A stretch of 64,000 nucleotides of DNA from Podarcis tiliguerta (lineage: Eukaryota): NCBI GenBank assembly GCA_965153285.1, contig OZ229114.1; one strand, given 5' to 3'. The stretch's first letter is position 1. Each line of letters starts with the position of its first letter. Shown here piece by piece: positions 10,775 through 23,305 of the stretch. The notes under the pieces were generated by a model. That model made no database searches. It was given only the letters and a program-made list of their open reading frames with translations, and had not been told where the DNA came from. A program made the position numbers and the translations under genes.

Positions 10775-12014
10775 TATGTTTTATGTGCATGTTTTCTAAC
10801 ATTGGTTGAGTTAGAAAAAAACCACTTTATTTCTAGAATGTTTCCTGTGGTTTATATTGTCTCTCCTCATTTGCTGATGTGACAGGAATAGAGGCAGGAG
10901 CTTGGTATGTTACTGATTCTTCAGGATTAGCTGACCAACAACAGTGCTAGGACACACACATTCATGATATCCTTTCGCGATATTAGAGGCATTCTAGAAG
11001 TTATATGGATAAGGAGAACCTGTAGTTTCAAAGCACAGGAAACCCTCTGGCTTAAGTCAAAGCATTTTGCACATTGAGAAATTGCAACCCTTTTACCTCA
11101 ACATGACAAGTATTGCAACGAGCAAATTGCAAATGAACTAAAAGCAAAACAACATTAAAAAGGCTCCTGGGGACCGATGAACAGAATGTAGGGGAAAGAC
11201 CTTCATATCAAAATATCCAGGCACCATTTGCAGAAAGGCACAGTATAATCATTCCCAGGGAATAACACTGCCTGACTCTAATTGGAAAAGGTTAGCAGTA
11301 ATCTTATATAACATGAAAGGCATTTTGCATTGCTGTTGATGTTCCCTCCAGGAGAGAATCATTATTGTGTTGCTTCTCAACCCTTGTTGTTTAGGATTTT
11401 CATATACAGTGTGCATGGGGGGGGGGGTACTACACAACAGTTTCTCTTCTTCAGCAAAGTCTATTCTTCAGCTCAAAAGGCTGCACAATTAAAACTCAGA
11501 TTGAGTTTCTATCAGGAAAGAACCAATAGCAACCCTAAAGCAACTTTGCTGGGGAAAATAACCCGCACAGCAATAAAAGCAAGTGGGCAATCCTGCTAGT
11601 TCTCCTCAGAAAGCTATCATTTTCCGCCGAGATGATTGATTTATCCTGGATCCATAATTTCATTCTTTGAATGGATAGGCTGATAATGCATTTTTAATTT
11701 CACACGATGGGTTTTTTCCTCTGTGCTTGTAAACTGATAACCATAGGCAAGGACTGAGTATTCAGCCAAGGGATAGACTGATGCAGTTTACGAAGAGTAT
11801 TATAACCTCCACGCCTCACAAAAATCGATACGTGTATTTCTTTTCTCTCTTTTTTAAAGCAGGTGGAATTATAAACCAAAACAATATTAAGCAATTCAGC
11901 CATAGCCTCAGTGATTTGCAGAAAGGGGCCAGGACAAAGATATCAAAACAAGCATATTGGAAGAGATGTTTGTTCCTGCAGTGTAGCTCTAGATGCTGAT
12001 TATCACCCTATATC

Positions 12015-12165
12015 CTTTTAAATGTGTTTATGGGAAGTGAGGGGGGAAGGGGTTGTTGGTTTGTTTTGGTTTTTATTATTTTTGTGTGACTCTTGTCTTG
12101 CATTTTTATATACTGAGATATACGGATGAGGGTGGTATACAAATTTTTTAAAAATAATAAAATAG
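12015..12165 (+). mobile_element. L2-type 3'UTR remnant
   Basis: T-rich tract ending gatgagggtggtatacaaattt...aataataa; reverse homolog at 24295-24450. Confidence 0.55.
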
Positions 12166-12169
12166 AATA

Positions 12170-12354
12170 GAGTGGTACCTAGGGTTACAGACACCTCGGG
12201 TTACAAACACTTCAGGTTACAGACTCCGCTAACCCAGATGTAGTACCTTGGGTTAAGAAACGGTTGGTACCTTGGGTTACCTCAGGTTAAGAACGGTTTC
12301 AGGTTAAGAACAGACCTCCGGAACGATTTAAGTTCTTAACCCGAGGTACCACTG
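12170..12354. mobile_element. Tc1/mariner (Tigger-like) MITE
   Basis: TA TSD; TIR (g)agtggtacct / aggtaccactg; internal ggttaagaac repeats; homolog at 60443-60663. Confidence 0.9.
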
Positions 12355-12693
12355 TAGAATAGAAATGTTTCCAACTGGAGGAAATAACCCTAGTATATGA
12401 GGAAGACAGGCCTGGACCAAGACCTTTTGGTGGTTGGTGCAAGACATGTCATTAGTGTTTCTCCCCACCACAGATCCAGGCCCATGCCCTCATGGGCTGG
12501 GTGGAGCATGCTACCCAAGGTGGGTTGCCTCAGGTCATCTTATTGGTATGCTGGCCATGCTAGGGCAGCAAGCTACCTTAATGACTGCAGGATAGACTGC
12601 ATAGCACACCTTTCTACCCACTTCCCACCCCTCAAAATTTGCCGGCTGAAGTATGGCCTCGTAGTAGGGTTGGCCATGCAAGGAGAATATAAG

Positions 12694-13503
12694 TCTTCTC
12701 TCTCTTTTTTTATCAATAATGTTTATTGAGTTTCATACACATATAACACATACTGTAAAACAAATAAAACAAAAATAAAAAGAAATAAAGCAAATAACAA
12801 CAAAAGATATAACAACAGACACATAAACAATACAAATTAATTAATTAATTAAACTTCCACCCTCATAAACATATTGCTTGACTTCCTCTAGTCCTTCCCA
12901 TCTGAGTTTCCTTGTAACTGAATGTAGCAGTTTTCCCAATATCATTATTCAAAAACAATATTCCAATTATAGTCAAATTTCTTAACTTTTCTTAACATTC
13001 TAAATCTCATTTATTTAATTAAATCCTTAGGCCTAATTAGTACTTTCAGGTAACTTCTAATTTTTAATATTACATTTATTCAAATAATCTTTAAATTTCT
13101 TCCAATCTTCTTGATGTTCCTCTTCTTTCTAGTTGCGGATTCTTCCAGTGAGGTCAGTGGCTATTAAAATTCGAGCAGCAGTTGTGGCATACAAAAATAC
13201 CTTTACATCTTTCTAGGGCAATTCAATACCTATTATTCCAAGGAGGAAGGCCTCTGGTTTCTTTATAAATGTATATTTCATCATTTTTTAAAATTCATTA
13301 TAAATCTTTTCCCAGAAATCCTTCACCTTGGGACAGGTCCACCACATGTGATAAAAGGTACCTTCCTTTTCTTTACATTTCCAACATACATTATCACAGT
13401 TATGATAAACCTTGGCTAATTTAACAGGGGTCAAGTACCACCTATACATCATTTTCATAATATTTTCCTTTAACATCATACATGCAGTAAACTTAACCCC
13501 TTT
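12694..13503 (-). mobile_element. L1-clade LINE, 5'-truncated
   Basis: ORF 13288..13587(-) encodes K..YRWYLTP..L.......CWKC....GTFYHMWWTCPKV..FW (CCHC region); 15-bp TSD caaggagaatataag (12679-12693) / caagaagaatataag (13504-13518); AATAAA and A-rich tail on the minus strand. Confidence 0.95.
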
Positions 13504-13731
13504 CAAGAAGAATATAAGGTTTATTTTGTATGGGGGATCATTTAGTTCTGTGATTCCTTCCCACTCCCAAATCGAAAGTGATAGCACCCAAGAAAGAAAT
13601 CGTCACCTTGTCTAATGTTTGCATAATCCAAGGCTTAGACTTTTCAAGGGGCGGTCTTGCAATTTTAAGTTAACAAGTAACCCTGCTTCACAGTTAATGC
13701 AACTGCTTTGAATTCAGTGGGTGTAATATAT

Positions 13732-13818
13732 GGGTAGTATTCCGCTAGTTTTTACTTGGAGTAGACCAACTGTAATTTCAGTTGGTCTACTTTGGGGGAA
13801 ACTTAGTTGAATGCCACT
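13732..13818. repeat. Small palindromic MITE-like repeat
   Basis: Perfect 13-bp arms agtagaccaactg (13760-13772) / cagttggtctact (13779-13791); related half copies near 27100-27143 and 49046-49110. Confidence 0.65.
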
Positions 13819-14571
13819 CTATATGACAATAGTTTTATTGTTCTCAAGTTGCAAGGTAAGCTAGAAATTAAAAGAAGTGCCTTCATATTACCTAGACAGG
13901 GTTAATACTGAAACTAACATTAATATTCATGTCCCTATATTTACTAAGATGGTTTTCTAATTTGATCTTAATGACTGAAAAGCACTCAGAGATGTTTACA
14001 TGAAGGGTGCTACATAAACACAAGTGACTGATTACATTAAGGATTTTTAGCATGCATGTTGATTGAGAGAGAAAGACGAGTGTGGGGCTATGAAGGAAGG
14101 ACAAAGGCAAAAACATAGACGTGAACTATTTGGAATTCTTCACAAGGCAGTGTTGATACTCCATGCCAAGCCAAAAAAGAAAAGAAAAAAGCTTCCCATT
14201 TACATGTGCATTAGTATCTCTGCATTTCCTTGTGTTGTTTCATGCTTCTGGGTAAGAGGCTGGCGCTGCAATCCTTTATAGTATTTTGAGAGCACTGTTT
14301 GGACGCAAATATTTAAAATAGCTCTCTTAGGTAAAACAAAGAAAAACAAACCTGATACCACAGTTCTGATGCTGTAAGACTCATCTCCTACCAAAACCTG
14401 GAGCAAGGCCTTGGGAACGTAGCTATTCTGGGATGCAGGAAAACAAAGGTTAGGGGGCAAGGAAAAGGTGAAAAGGGGGAGGCATGAGGAAATGGCACCA
14501 ATCATAGCAAACCCCTTTCCCCCTCTCAAAATCCATTGAATGTTTCTTTCCAACTTCACCTCAACAGTTGA

Positions 14572-14957
14572 CATTTAGCCCAGACACTGAGGTCCAGCTC
14601 TGATGGCCTTCTGGTGGTTTCCTCACTGCAAGAAGTGAAGTTACAGGGAACCAGGCAGAGGGCCTTCTCAGTAGTGGTGCCCACCTTGTGGGATGCCATC
14701 CCATCAAATGTCTAGGAAATAAACAGCTCTCTGACTTTTAGAAGACATCTGAAGGCAGTCCTGTATAGGGAAGTTTTTTATGTTTCCTGTTTTGATGTGG
14801 TTTTAATATTCTGTTGGGAACCACCCAGAGTGGCTGGGGCAACCAAGTCAGATGGGCAGCATATCCCCAAATCTGGGGAGAGAGTAATATAGCCTCAATG
14901 GAAGTACTCCAGAACAGATGGGTGGCACATAAATATAATAATAATACCAACAACAAC
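14572..14957 (+). mobile_element. L2 LINE 3' fragment
   Basis: gttacagggaaccaggcagagggccttctca... matches the other L2 copies; AAT/AAC tail. Confidence 0.9.
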
Positions 14958-15119
14958 TACCACAGAATCACATTGAACCAGCAGGAGTAGAGTCCCCTTG
15001 TCCATGCAAAAGCAAGCATAACTTTAAAGCTTTTATAACCCATTTTTGTGTGTCAGTTCTGATTACATGGACAGAGACAGGGCCAACAATATACAAGGTT
15101 GGAGCCAGAAGCATGTACC

Positions 15120-15615
15120 ATTGACAGATGTGCCCAGGTGTCAGGAAAACTTCTTTATGTATGCCACTACTGCAGCTCAGATCTTGTTAGCGCAGAAATG
15201 GAGGGTGAGAGAGGTCCCTAATAAAGAGGACTGGCAATTAAAAATGATAGAATATGCAGAGTTAGCAGGTTTAACTAGTGAGATAAGAGAACACAAGGAT
15301 TGAGTATATAAAGAGGAATGGAAAAGCTTTGGGGAGTATTTGGAAAATAATTGTAAACATGTGAAAGTGTTAGCAGGATTATGGTAAATTCAACAGTATA
15401 ATATAAAATAAAGGAATAATAAAGGGAAAAGAGAACTAAATGGATATATAAGCATATGCAGAAATGGTGGGAAAATCAAAGGAACCAGGGAAGGAGGAGA
15501 AGGGAAGTCATAAATGATTGTTTTATTATAGAGTAATATAGCAATGAGGGAAATGTTTATTTTAATGTGAATGTGGTTTTGGAAATTGTACTAATGAAAA
15601 AAATATAAGTAAAAT
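15120..15615 (+). mobile_element. L1-clade LINE 3' fragment
   Basis: ORF 15046..15303 contains FMYATTAAQILLAQKW....P..EDWQLKMIEYAELAGLT, homologous to the L1 at 12694-13503; A-rich 3'UTR. Confidence 0.85.
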
Positions 15616-16129
15616 TCGGGAGGGGGACAGCATGCCCCCACCCCTTGGTAATCATGTGATGTGCCTTTAACCCATCATGACAGGCTTTCTCACATGAAAA
15701 ATTACCTACATATTCTATTTTATTTAAAACTTCTTTTTTTGGTCTAGCTGGTTTCCATATTTTACTTTCTATGTCTTTTGTTTCCTTTAAAAACATATTC
15801 AGAACACTAAAAAAATCTCAAAGTGGCTTGCAACAGTGGATTAAAACATTTCACTATAATGAAACAATTTCCTCCTTTGTGCTGATGTTCAGACTGAATC
15901 CCTGCCTATTATTCTCCAGATTCCACATTCAGGGTTCACAATGGGCTTGAATCTTGAGGGGAATCAGCTGCGGCACAACAAGCTTTCACTGGTGCAACTG
16001 TTACATTGGATTTCTTTGTGGTGCAACTTTTAAACTCTGCCATCCCCTAGCACAAGGGCTGTTGTGCTAACCTTTACAGAACACTGTATATGGTCCTAAA
16101 GTTTTAGAAAATTGCTCCCCACCCCCAAC

Positions 16130-16540
16130 TATCTTCTTCCTCCAACTTCTCCTCTAAATCATCTACTCCTTGGACATTTCTCTTTGCCACCTCCTCTTGT
16201 GTCCCAAACTTATTTCCTATTAAAGCAGGCTGAAGAGTTAAACCTTCTTGATTTTCTTTCAATTCTTTCATTGTCTGGACTGTTTGCAAAATCAATTCAC
16301 CTTTCTCTTCCACTATCTGCAGTCTTTTTTCTATATTATCTGTTTTCCTATCTAAATCCTTCTTTGTGCTTTCTAATTTTTGTATTGGTCTTTCTACACT
16401 CCTTTTACAGAGTTGTGCCAGAATAAATCTAACTACATCAGCTGTTCATGTTATCTCTTCTTTACTTCCTTTTGGTTTACGTTTTCCTTCATTCACAAAA
16501 GATGGCAGGTGTTACAATTTTCTCAACACATCTAATTTCA
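16130..16540 (-). mobile_element. Probable decayed L1 ORF1 N-terminal coiled-coil fragment
   Basis: Strongly purine-rich minus strand translating to E/K/Q-rich heptad-like peptides (ORF 16104..16313) with stops. Confidence 0.4.
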
Positions 16541-18449
16541 CTAGTTTACACTCCAAGAATTAACATCTGTCTTCTATTACCTAATACTTGAAAATGATCA
16601 ATGAAATATTCATTGCTTACACAATTATATAAATCCATTCCATATTCAAACAAAGCTCTATTTAACACATTTACCTAATTCACTTCATTAAATATTCTAG
16701 GTTTTCACATGCCCAAAATAATTTGAAAAATATATATCTTCCAATGTGATGTTAAAACTGAATTATATATATATATAAATTATATATGAATTATATATAT
16801 AAAAAATCTAAAAATATCACCTCAGATTTCTAAACTTACACATATGTAATATATTATTATTTGTCTATTAACAATACAAAATAGAATATCTAGGTTATTA
16901 TTCTGAATAAATTATTGTGCTTGATTAGTTTGAGTTGTCAAATTGCTTGATTGGCAAGGTCAGCTGTTAACTAAAATGAAAAGAAAAACCTTTGTTTTTA
17001 TCTTGCATTATTGGGGTGTTAAGCAGGCAGGATCAACAATTATTTAACCAAGTATAAAACTGGAAAGAAGGCAGCCTGGATCTTGAATTCTCAATTCCTA
17101 GCTCTTAATTCATGCTATCAGTATGACAGACAGACACACAGACAGGGCCAACAGTTACTTAATGAACTGCAAAGTGGAAACGAAGGTAGTGCAGGTTTTA
17201 AAGTCAATAGTTTGTTAAAGCTGTTACAAGGTGTTTGGGAATGTTGGTGATATAGAGCCAAACTCCCCTTGGCCCAATATGTCACAGTTGATAGCTTGTA
17301 GATGTTCACTTTCTCCCTCATGCTGGAAGCATAATCCTGTTAAAAAGGTCAAAGGCAAGTTCTTCCCACTGTTCTCTTACTGCTTTGTGTCTGGTTTTCA
17401 CTCTCATCTGCATTACAGGCTCTCATTGTTGACTGGGGCTTTCTGGTCCCACCAGAAGTAGGACCTTCCAGATCAGAGGGTCAGGCTGTACCTGCCACTT
17501 CCTAATTTCATCCTCCACTCCATGCCTCTGCTGATGTAGATGTAAGGAGCAATCCACAGGTCTCTCCCACAACTTCTGTTACTAGCCTATACACTCCTAT
17601 TGGACTGGGAGATTTTGTTCATGTAATCATTAAGGGGGTGGTGGAGGCTAGATTAACAGTCAACTGTACCTGCTATGTTCTTTCCTTCATCTCCCATTGT
17701 AAACAGTAAACACACCTCTACAATCTCAAAACTACGCTCAACAAATCCATGCTTCCCCTTGTTCATGGGGCCCCAATCCCCTTCCTCTGCAAACTGGAAA
17801 AATACCTTTTCAGTTTGTCTGGAAAAAAACAACAACAAATCTTTACTGTGAATACCAGTTTCCTGATATTCTGATGGCAGTTCTTGATCTCAGGGTGATG
17901 TCTCCTCCTGGAGCATATAGGATTGGTCATAAGAATTAAAACCACCCAACCGAAGTCCGGAGAAGGGAACCTGTGGATGGTCAATTATATGCACTACACT
18001 TAACAGGAATTCCCTGAGATGGGAGTGAAGGAAATATCCCTTTCCTCTGACCACCTAAGATACTGTCAAAGCAGCTGCCTGATGGTTAAAGCATTTAATC
18101 GCTGACATTTGTCTGTACCTGCTTAAACAAATCCAGCACCTACTTAGCAACATTATAGTTCAGTGTCCAACCTATTTCCTTACTCCATCAGAGGAAGACC
18201 TACTAGAACCTGTTGCAGCCTACACTAGAGAATGCTTCCTGATGAGAGCAGCACTGCAGATTGATCCACGAGTAACCCATCAGCAACAGCTACATCTGCT
18301 TATCCTCCAGAGACGATCATCCAGGAAGCATCACTGGGCCTTACATGCAAATGATTCAGGAGACACCTACTAGACTTCTATGTTCAGGAACGACCTGATA
18401 ACTGATGTTAATGTTTTCTTAATCTAGTAGATGTATGTATGGTTAGCCT

Positions 18450-18752
18450 TTGTGCAATGGGATAGATCTTCCTTTGTCCCAGGTTGCTAGAGGGACCCAC
18501 ATGCCTGACCCACACCATGGTGGGGTCTACCTTCCCAGAAACTCCTTTAGTTATGGCAGGTGGTGGGCTGAGAAGTGATATCAACCAACAGTCCGGCAGC
18601 CCAAGGGATAGTTCCTTGTCCTGTGCTGTGCCAAACCAGGGATGCACTGATACCAATAAAGTTGTGGTCGTGTGTGACTCACCCTTCTTGCCTATGGTTT
18701 GGCCTTGCTCCGAGACCCCTGCTTTTGGCATGGAGATGTGCCTGGTGCACAA
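18450..18752 (+). mobile_element. Short member (copy E) of the TTGCG...CGCAA family
   Basis: Perfect terminal inverted repeat ttgtgca / tgcacaa; caataaagttgtggtc block near 18654; no TSD. Confidence 0.55.
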
Positions 18753-19208
18753 CAGACAGATGCCACATGGGGCTGTACATAACCTTCCTCATTATCAGCT
18801 AACATACTGCCTTTGTGGTAAAATAAGAAACACATTCTTCTCTTACCTATTAGTTAGAATTGTTCACTGGCCCATCCAGCTGACATTGATCTTTCTGTTA
18901 TCTGGTAAAGAGAAGTTTATTATACTGAAGGCTGCCCTATCTCCACAGGTGCTGTTAAGTTGTGACAAGAATACCTTGATAAAAATATTGGTTGTGGTGG
19001 TATGAATTGAGTTTTTACTCACTTTTTGTATTTTGATTGTTACAACGTTTGGTCATGGAAAAACATGTGCTGAACTGAACCCAGAAGCAAATCCAAACCA
19101 CCAAACATCTATGCTACCATTTTTGGTGGTTCCATCCCTGTGTGAGCAATGTCATGTTCACACAAACCACCGGCAGGAAATGGAGTCTGTCAGCAGATAA
19201 AAGCAGCT

Positions 19209-19288
19209 GAGAGCCTTGCAGCACCCTGAAGACTAATACAATTTAGTATGGCACAACCTTTCATGGACTAGAGTCCATTTTATCAGAG
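19209..19288 (-). mobile_element. Penelope-like element terminal remnant with degenerate minimal hammerhead ribozyme
   Basis: Minus strand: ctgataa-a-atggac-tcta-gtccat-gaaa-ggttg-tgc followed by ttgtattagtcttcagggtgctgcaaggctc, resembling the reptile PLE terminal motif. Confidence 0.7.
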
Positions 19289-20099
19289 AGACATTTTGTG
19301 TGGGGGAATTTTGCGCTTATATGAACTAGCTCACAGACAACACTGCTCACGACTTCCCCCAGATGTTTTATTTGGAGGAAAGCTGAATGATTAGTTCTTT
19401 TGAGGCACAAAATCACTAAGATATATCTACTACATGCACTATCAAGTTAGAAACAGTGTCTGCATTGTAACCAGGGGAATAAATCGCACTCCGTCGCATA
19501 ACTTGCTGAGTCTTGCTTCTCTGTAACTGAAGAAGTCACAATTTTACTTAAGCTGTGTTTTTACAGAGCCAAAACAAACATGGCAGGGAAAGCTTTCACA
19601 ATATAGCTTCACATTGGGTGATGCTGTCATAGAAAATAGCTTTCTTTTGAGAGTCTCTCGGTAGATATTCACAGAGCTGACACTTGAAACCAATTCGTGT
19701 AATTCCCACAGACCTTTATTCACAGTCAAAACCTAAAATTTGCTCCGGCAGCCTCTAATTCACCTTTAATCTTCTCATGTGTGGAGGCCAGTCTGCAAAC
19801 ACAGGGTGGAAGAACCCTATGCACTGAGAAGCTACTGCCAAAGAAAGGCCTTCCTGTGTCTTACACCCAAATACCCCATGTCCTAATGTTATTATGCCAT
19901 GGATGGGCAGATGAGCTTATTTCCAGTCCATTTCAGTTTCTCATGTGTTCATTCACAAATTGGTTCCCTCCTGTTTCTGCATTAATCCACTATTTTTTTA
20001 TTTAAAAAAATAGATCCACATGACAATTTGCATTCAAAGGGGTATTTTCTCCAAAAAGACAGAAATAAAGTAAAAATGCTTCACTAAGCCAATTATTAA

Positions 20100-20265
20100 A
20101 TGAGTTTAACTTTGTTTTAGTCTACTGTTGTTTTAACTTTTTGTATGTTTTAAATTATAGCTATAAATGTTTTCTTGTGGTAATGTTATTTTTTTTAAAA
20201 AAATCTGTAAACTGCTTGGAGGTTTTTTCCTACAATCAAGCCGTGTATAGATTCTATGAAATGCC
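20100..20265 (+). mobile_element. L2-type 3'UTR remnant
   Basis: T-rich tract ending tgtaaactgcttggagg...aatcaagccgtgtataga. Confidence 0.5.
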
Positions 20266-20459
20266 AGAATAAAAGAATAAGATAGTCACAATAATAGAAT
20301 AATAGAATAAGATAGACACAGAATGGAAAACGGGAATTTTATTAATGTTATATTTTACACTGTATATTCTGTATACCTTAGGGCATATATTCCGTGTTAT
20401 AATAATCAAATGAAATAAAGATTTAGAAATTGCAAAAAAAATAATAATAATAATCTATG

Positions 20460-20650
20460 AAATGCATATTTTTTTTATTTCAGTGTCTTTTCTAAACGTA
20501 CTTTGTGTTAAAATACACATTTTAATACTTCTTCTTTTTCTCACAGAGAATTGCAACGGAAAACAGAAGAAGTGCAAACTCTGAAGGATAACTGCATTGT
20601 GAACCACACATAAGTCTGGGAGCCACAGAGCAGATCAATCTGAACCTCAA
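20460..20650 (+). repeat. Old unclassified interspersed repeat
   Basis: gagaattgcaacggaaaacagaagaagtgcaaactctgaaggataactg motif shared with copies near 6255, 24930 and 62150. Confidence 0.5.
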
Positions 20651-21542
20651 TGGGCAAAGAATGAATTCCTCAAGTTCCCATACATTATGCTAAATGTTTC
20701 TCTGCCACTACCAGCCAACCAAGTGGAGTAGAGGAATAATGATGCACAGCATAAACAATTATATGGGGTGATCTGTACTAATGGATGCAAAGAAGGGAGG
20801 AAATTGAATACAGGTTTATTATGTTCAGTGGACCTGAAACACTGCAACCCTGTGTGTGTTATAATTTTAAGTTCCACCAACAGATCTTCACTTGCCACTG
20901 GTCCAAGTCATATTTGTTGCTTTCCTGTGGCGTGTATCTCAAGACCAGAAGCACATGCACATGACTGATGTGTAAATACCATTGTTGCCTGGCCAGGACA
21001 AGATGATCATGTGGGAAAGATGCACATGGCCGGACTCAAAAGCATGGCTTCCACATTCATCTACATGTCACAAAACTGTGATTACACAACAGAGAATTGC
21101 CTCCCATTGGATTTACTGATTGACATAGAATAGGATACTGTCACTGCACAGCATCTATATGCCACCGATTGCAAATGAATGTTTAATGACAGTAATAGTA
21201 ACCTTACAACCACTTCAGATGAGCAGTGTCAGTTTATAGCGGGGGGGGGGGGACTGTATCCCTTTCAGTAAATCACCAGCCTCAGCCTACAGCTATGACA
21301 GATGTACAGCCACCAAATGTCACTGATGGGATCTCATTAATAAAATCAATGAAATGCCATGGAGGAGATTTTCAATGATTAACTTGCACACCAAAAAAAG
21401 TATGAAAGGCATGAAAGCCTAGTCTTCTGACATTTGTAACTTCGCATCAAAATAACTTTGTATCAAAATAAGTTACAGATGTGTGAAATTACCTGGAGCT
21501 GCATGTGAATGATGCACAATCTGTTCTGGGTGGGAGGTGGAG

Positions 21543-21830
21543 TTGTGCTTTCGCTAAAGGATTAGGTGTGCCAACTGGGGTTGCTTATTGAGCTATCTTT
21601 GGTGCTAGAAGTCCAATTGGCTTCAGTGGCGAGCGTTGGGTAAATGGCGGGAGGGCTCTTGGACCCATCGGAGCATCGCACTTCCCTCCCTTAGCCAGGC
21701 AGAAGCTTCCCAGACCTTGGGAAGGAGGTGCCAGAGGAACATTTAGAGGTCTAGCCTAGTCTCCCTGGTCCACTGCTTTCCAGTGCATCTCAAGGGCACC
21801 TTGATCACCATTTTCCATCACATGGGACAA
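21543..21830 (+). mobile_element. Possible 5' part of another TTGCG-family element (copy F)
   Basis: Starts ttgtg; CpG-retaining; ccatcggagcatcgcacttccctcccttag resembles gcatcggaacacctgcccacctctccctaa of copy D. Confidence 0.35.
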
Positions 21831-22997
21831 TACTGGTAGCGGAAGCAGTGAAACAGCTAACTAGACCTAGATAACTTTAGACTGGCATCATTTTAAACGT
21901 TATAATGCTCCGATTCTGTACAGAAATAAGGTTCTGGACTGAGCAGATTGTTTTTTATTTGGTCATATGCATCTGTATGAAAACCCTATTGTTTCTGCTC
22001 AGTTGTGTGAATGATTGCTTTATATTCAAAACAGAGCACTGCCACTGTCTCATTTCCACATCACAAATGATCTAAATACTTTGGAGCGACAGGAAAATGC
22101 ATGCATTTAATCACTCGATATGAAAGCAGGCATATAATCGACTTGATTTGATCCATGCTGCTGAAACACTGACACATAAGGGTGTCAAATATGGGTAGAA
22201 TCAATACCTTTGCGTGTGCTTAACCTAATTTGGGATTTATGGAATATGTTGTCTGTAAGATTAAGAGAGCTTGTGTGCATATTTGGGGGGCATGTTTTCC
22301 ATGCAATATGCAAAATTTCAGATGCATGCCAAAGAGACTGAAAAAGAAAGAGCTAAACCAGCCGAATTTGAGTGGCAAAGAAACTAATATCCTCTTTTTA
22401 TTTCTCATTAATCCAGCAGTATTAAATATTTGAAAAATACTAGATAGCGTGTTAGCTTGACTTGCAACCTCACTGAAGGCTCTTAGGGGAATCAAAAGAG
22501 ATGTTGACATATTAATCTAGATTCTCTCCTGTTGTCAGAGGTTTGTTGTTTTTAATTTCTCTGAAATGCAACTTGTCACATACGTTTTTGCCAGCTTCTC
22601 TGATATGACAGTCCTCTGATTTGGATTTGGAATAAAATTGATGATACGGTATTGACGAGCATATCCAAGTGAAGATATTAAAACTGTCTTAAGGGCCAGG
22701 TTTTTTTTGTGTGTATTTTTTTGCAATCAGCAGAATCAAGTAGCAAACCTTTTCCTGGACCATGTCATTACAGGAGAGGAATGTGGGCTTGTGTATTTGA
22801 ATTCTCCGGTGTGCAAGAGAAGATCCCTGCACACACAAAAACAACTAGACATCAGGAAGAATGCTAAATTAAATTATTTATCTGACATGCCAGTATGTGT
22901 GTGTGTTTGTGTGTGAGAGAGTGCACATTTAACATACAACTTCAGCCGTACACTGAAATGATAGTTCAAGAAAAGTGACCTTTTGTTTGCATCATCA

Positions 22998-23305
22998 TGC
23001 CACCCATCTGAATAGGTTGCCCCTGCCACTCTGAGCAGCTTCCAGCAAATTAAAACATCAAACACAGTAAAACATTCAAACATTTAAAACTTCCCTATAC
23101 AGGGTTACCTTCAGATATCTGCTAAAAGTCAGATAGTTGCTTATTTCCTTGACATCTGAAAGGAGGGTGTTCCACAGCGTGGGCGCAACTACTGAGAAGG
23201 TCCTCTGCCTGGTTCTTTGTAACCAAGCAATGGAGGAACCACCAGAAGACCTTCAGAGCCAGATCTCAGTATCCAGGCAGAATGATGGGGGTGGAGACGC
23301 TTCTT
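22998..23305 (-). mobile_element. L2 LINE 3' fragment
   Basis: Homologous to 1194-1671. Confidence 0.9.

Noticed and set aside
12170-12354. Short interspersed direct repeats (ggttaagaac/ggttacaga) superficially like a CRISPR array
   Set aside because: These are subterminal repeats of a TA-flanked MITE in a vertebrate genome, with no regular repeat-spacer period.
17670-17818. Possible minus-strand exon (ttttttccag acceptor, cag|gtacag donor, open frame QTEKVFFQFAEEGDWGP...)
   Set aside because: Weak donor and no recognisable protein similarity; RNA-seq or TBLASTX would be needed.
18232-18331. CTGATGA within a 14-15 bp inverted repeat, considered as a hammerhead ribozyme
   Set aside because: No stem II followed by GAAA; it is only an inverted repeat.
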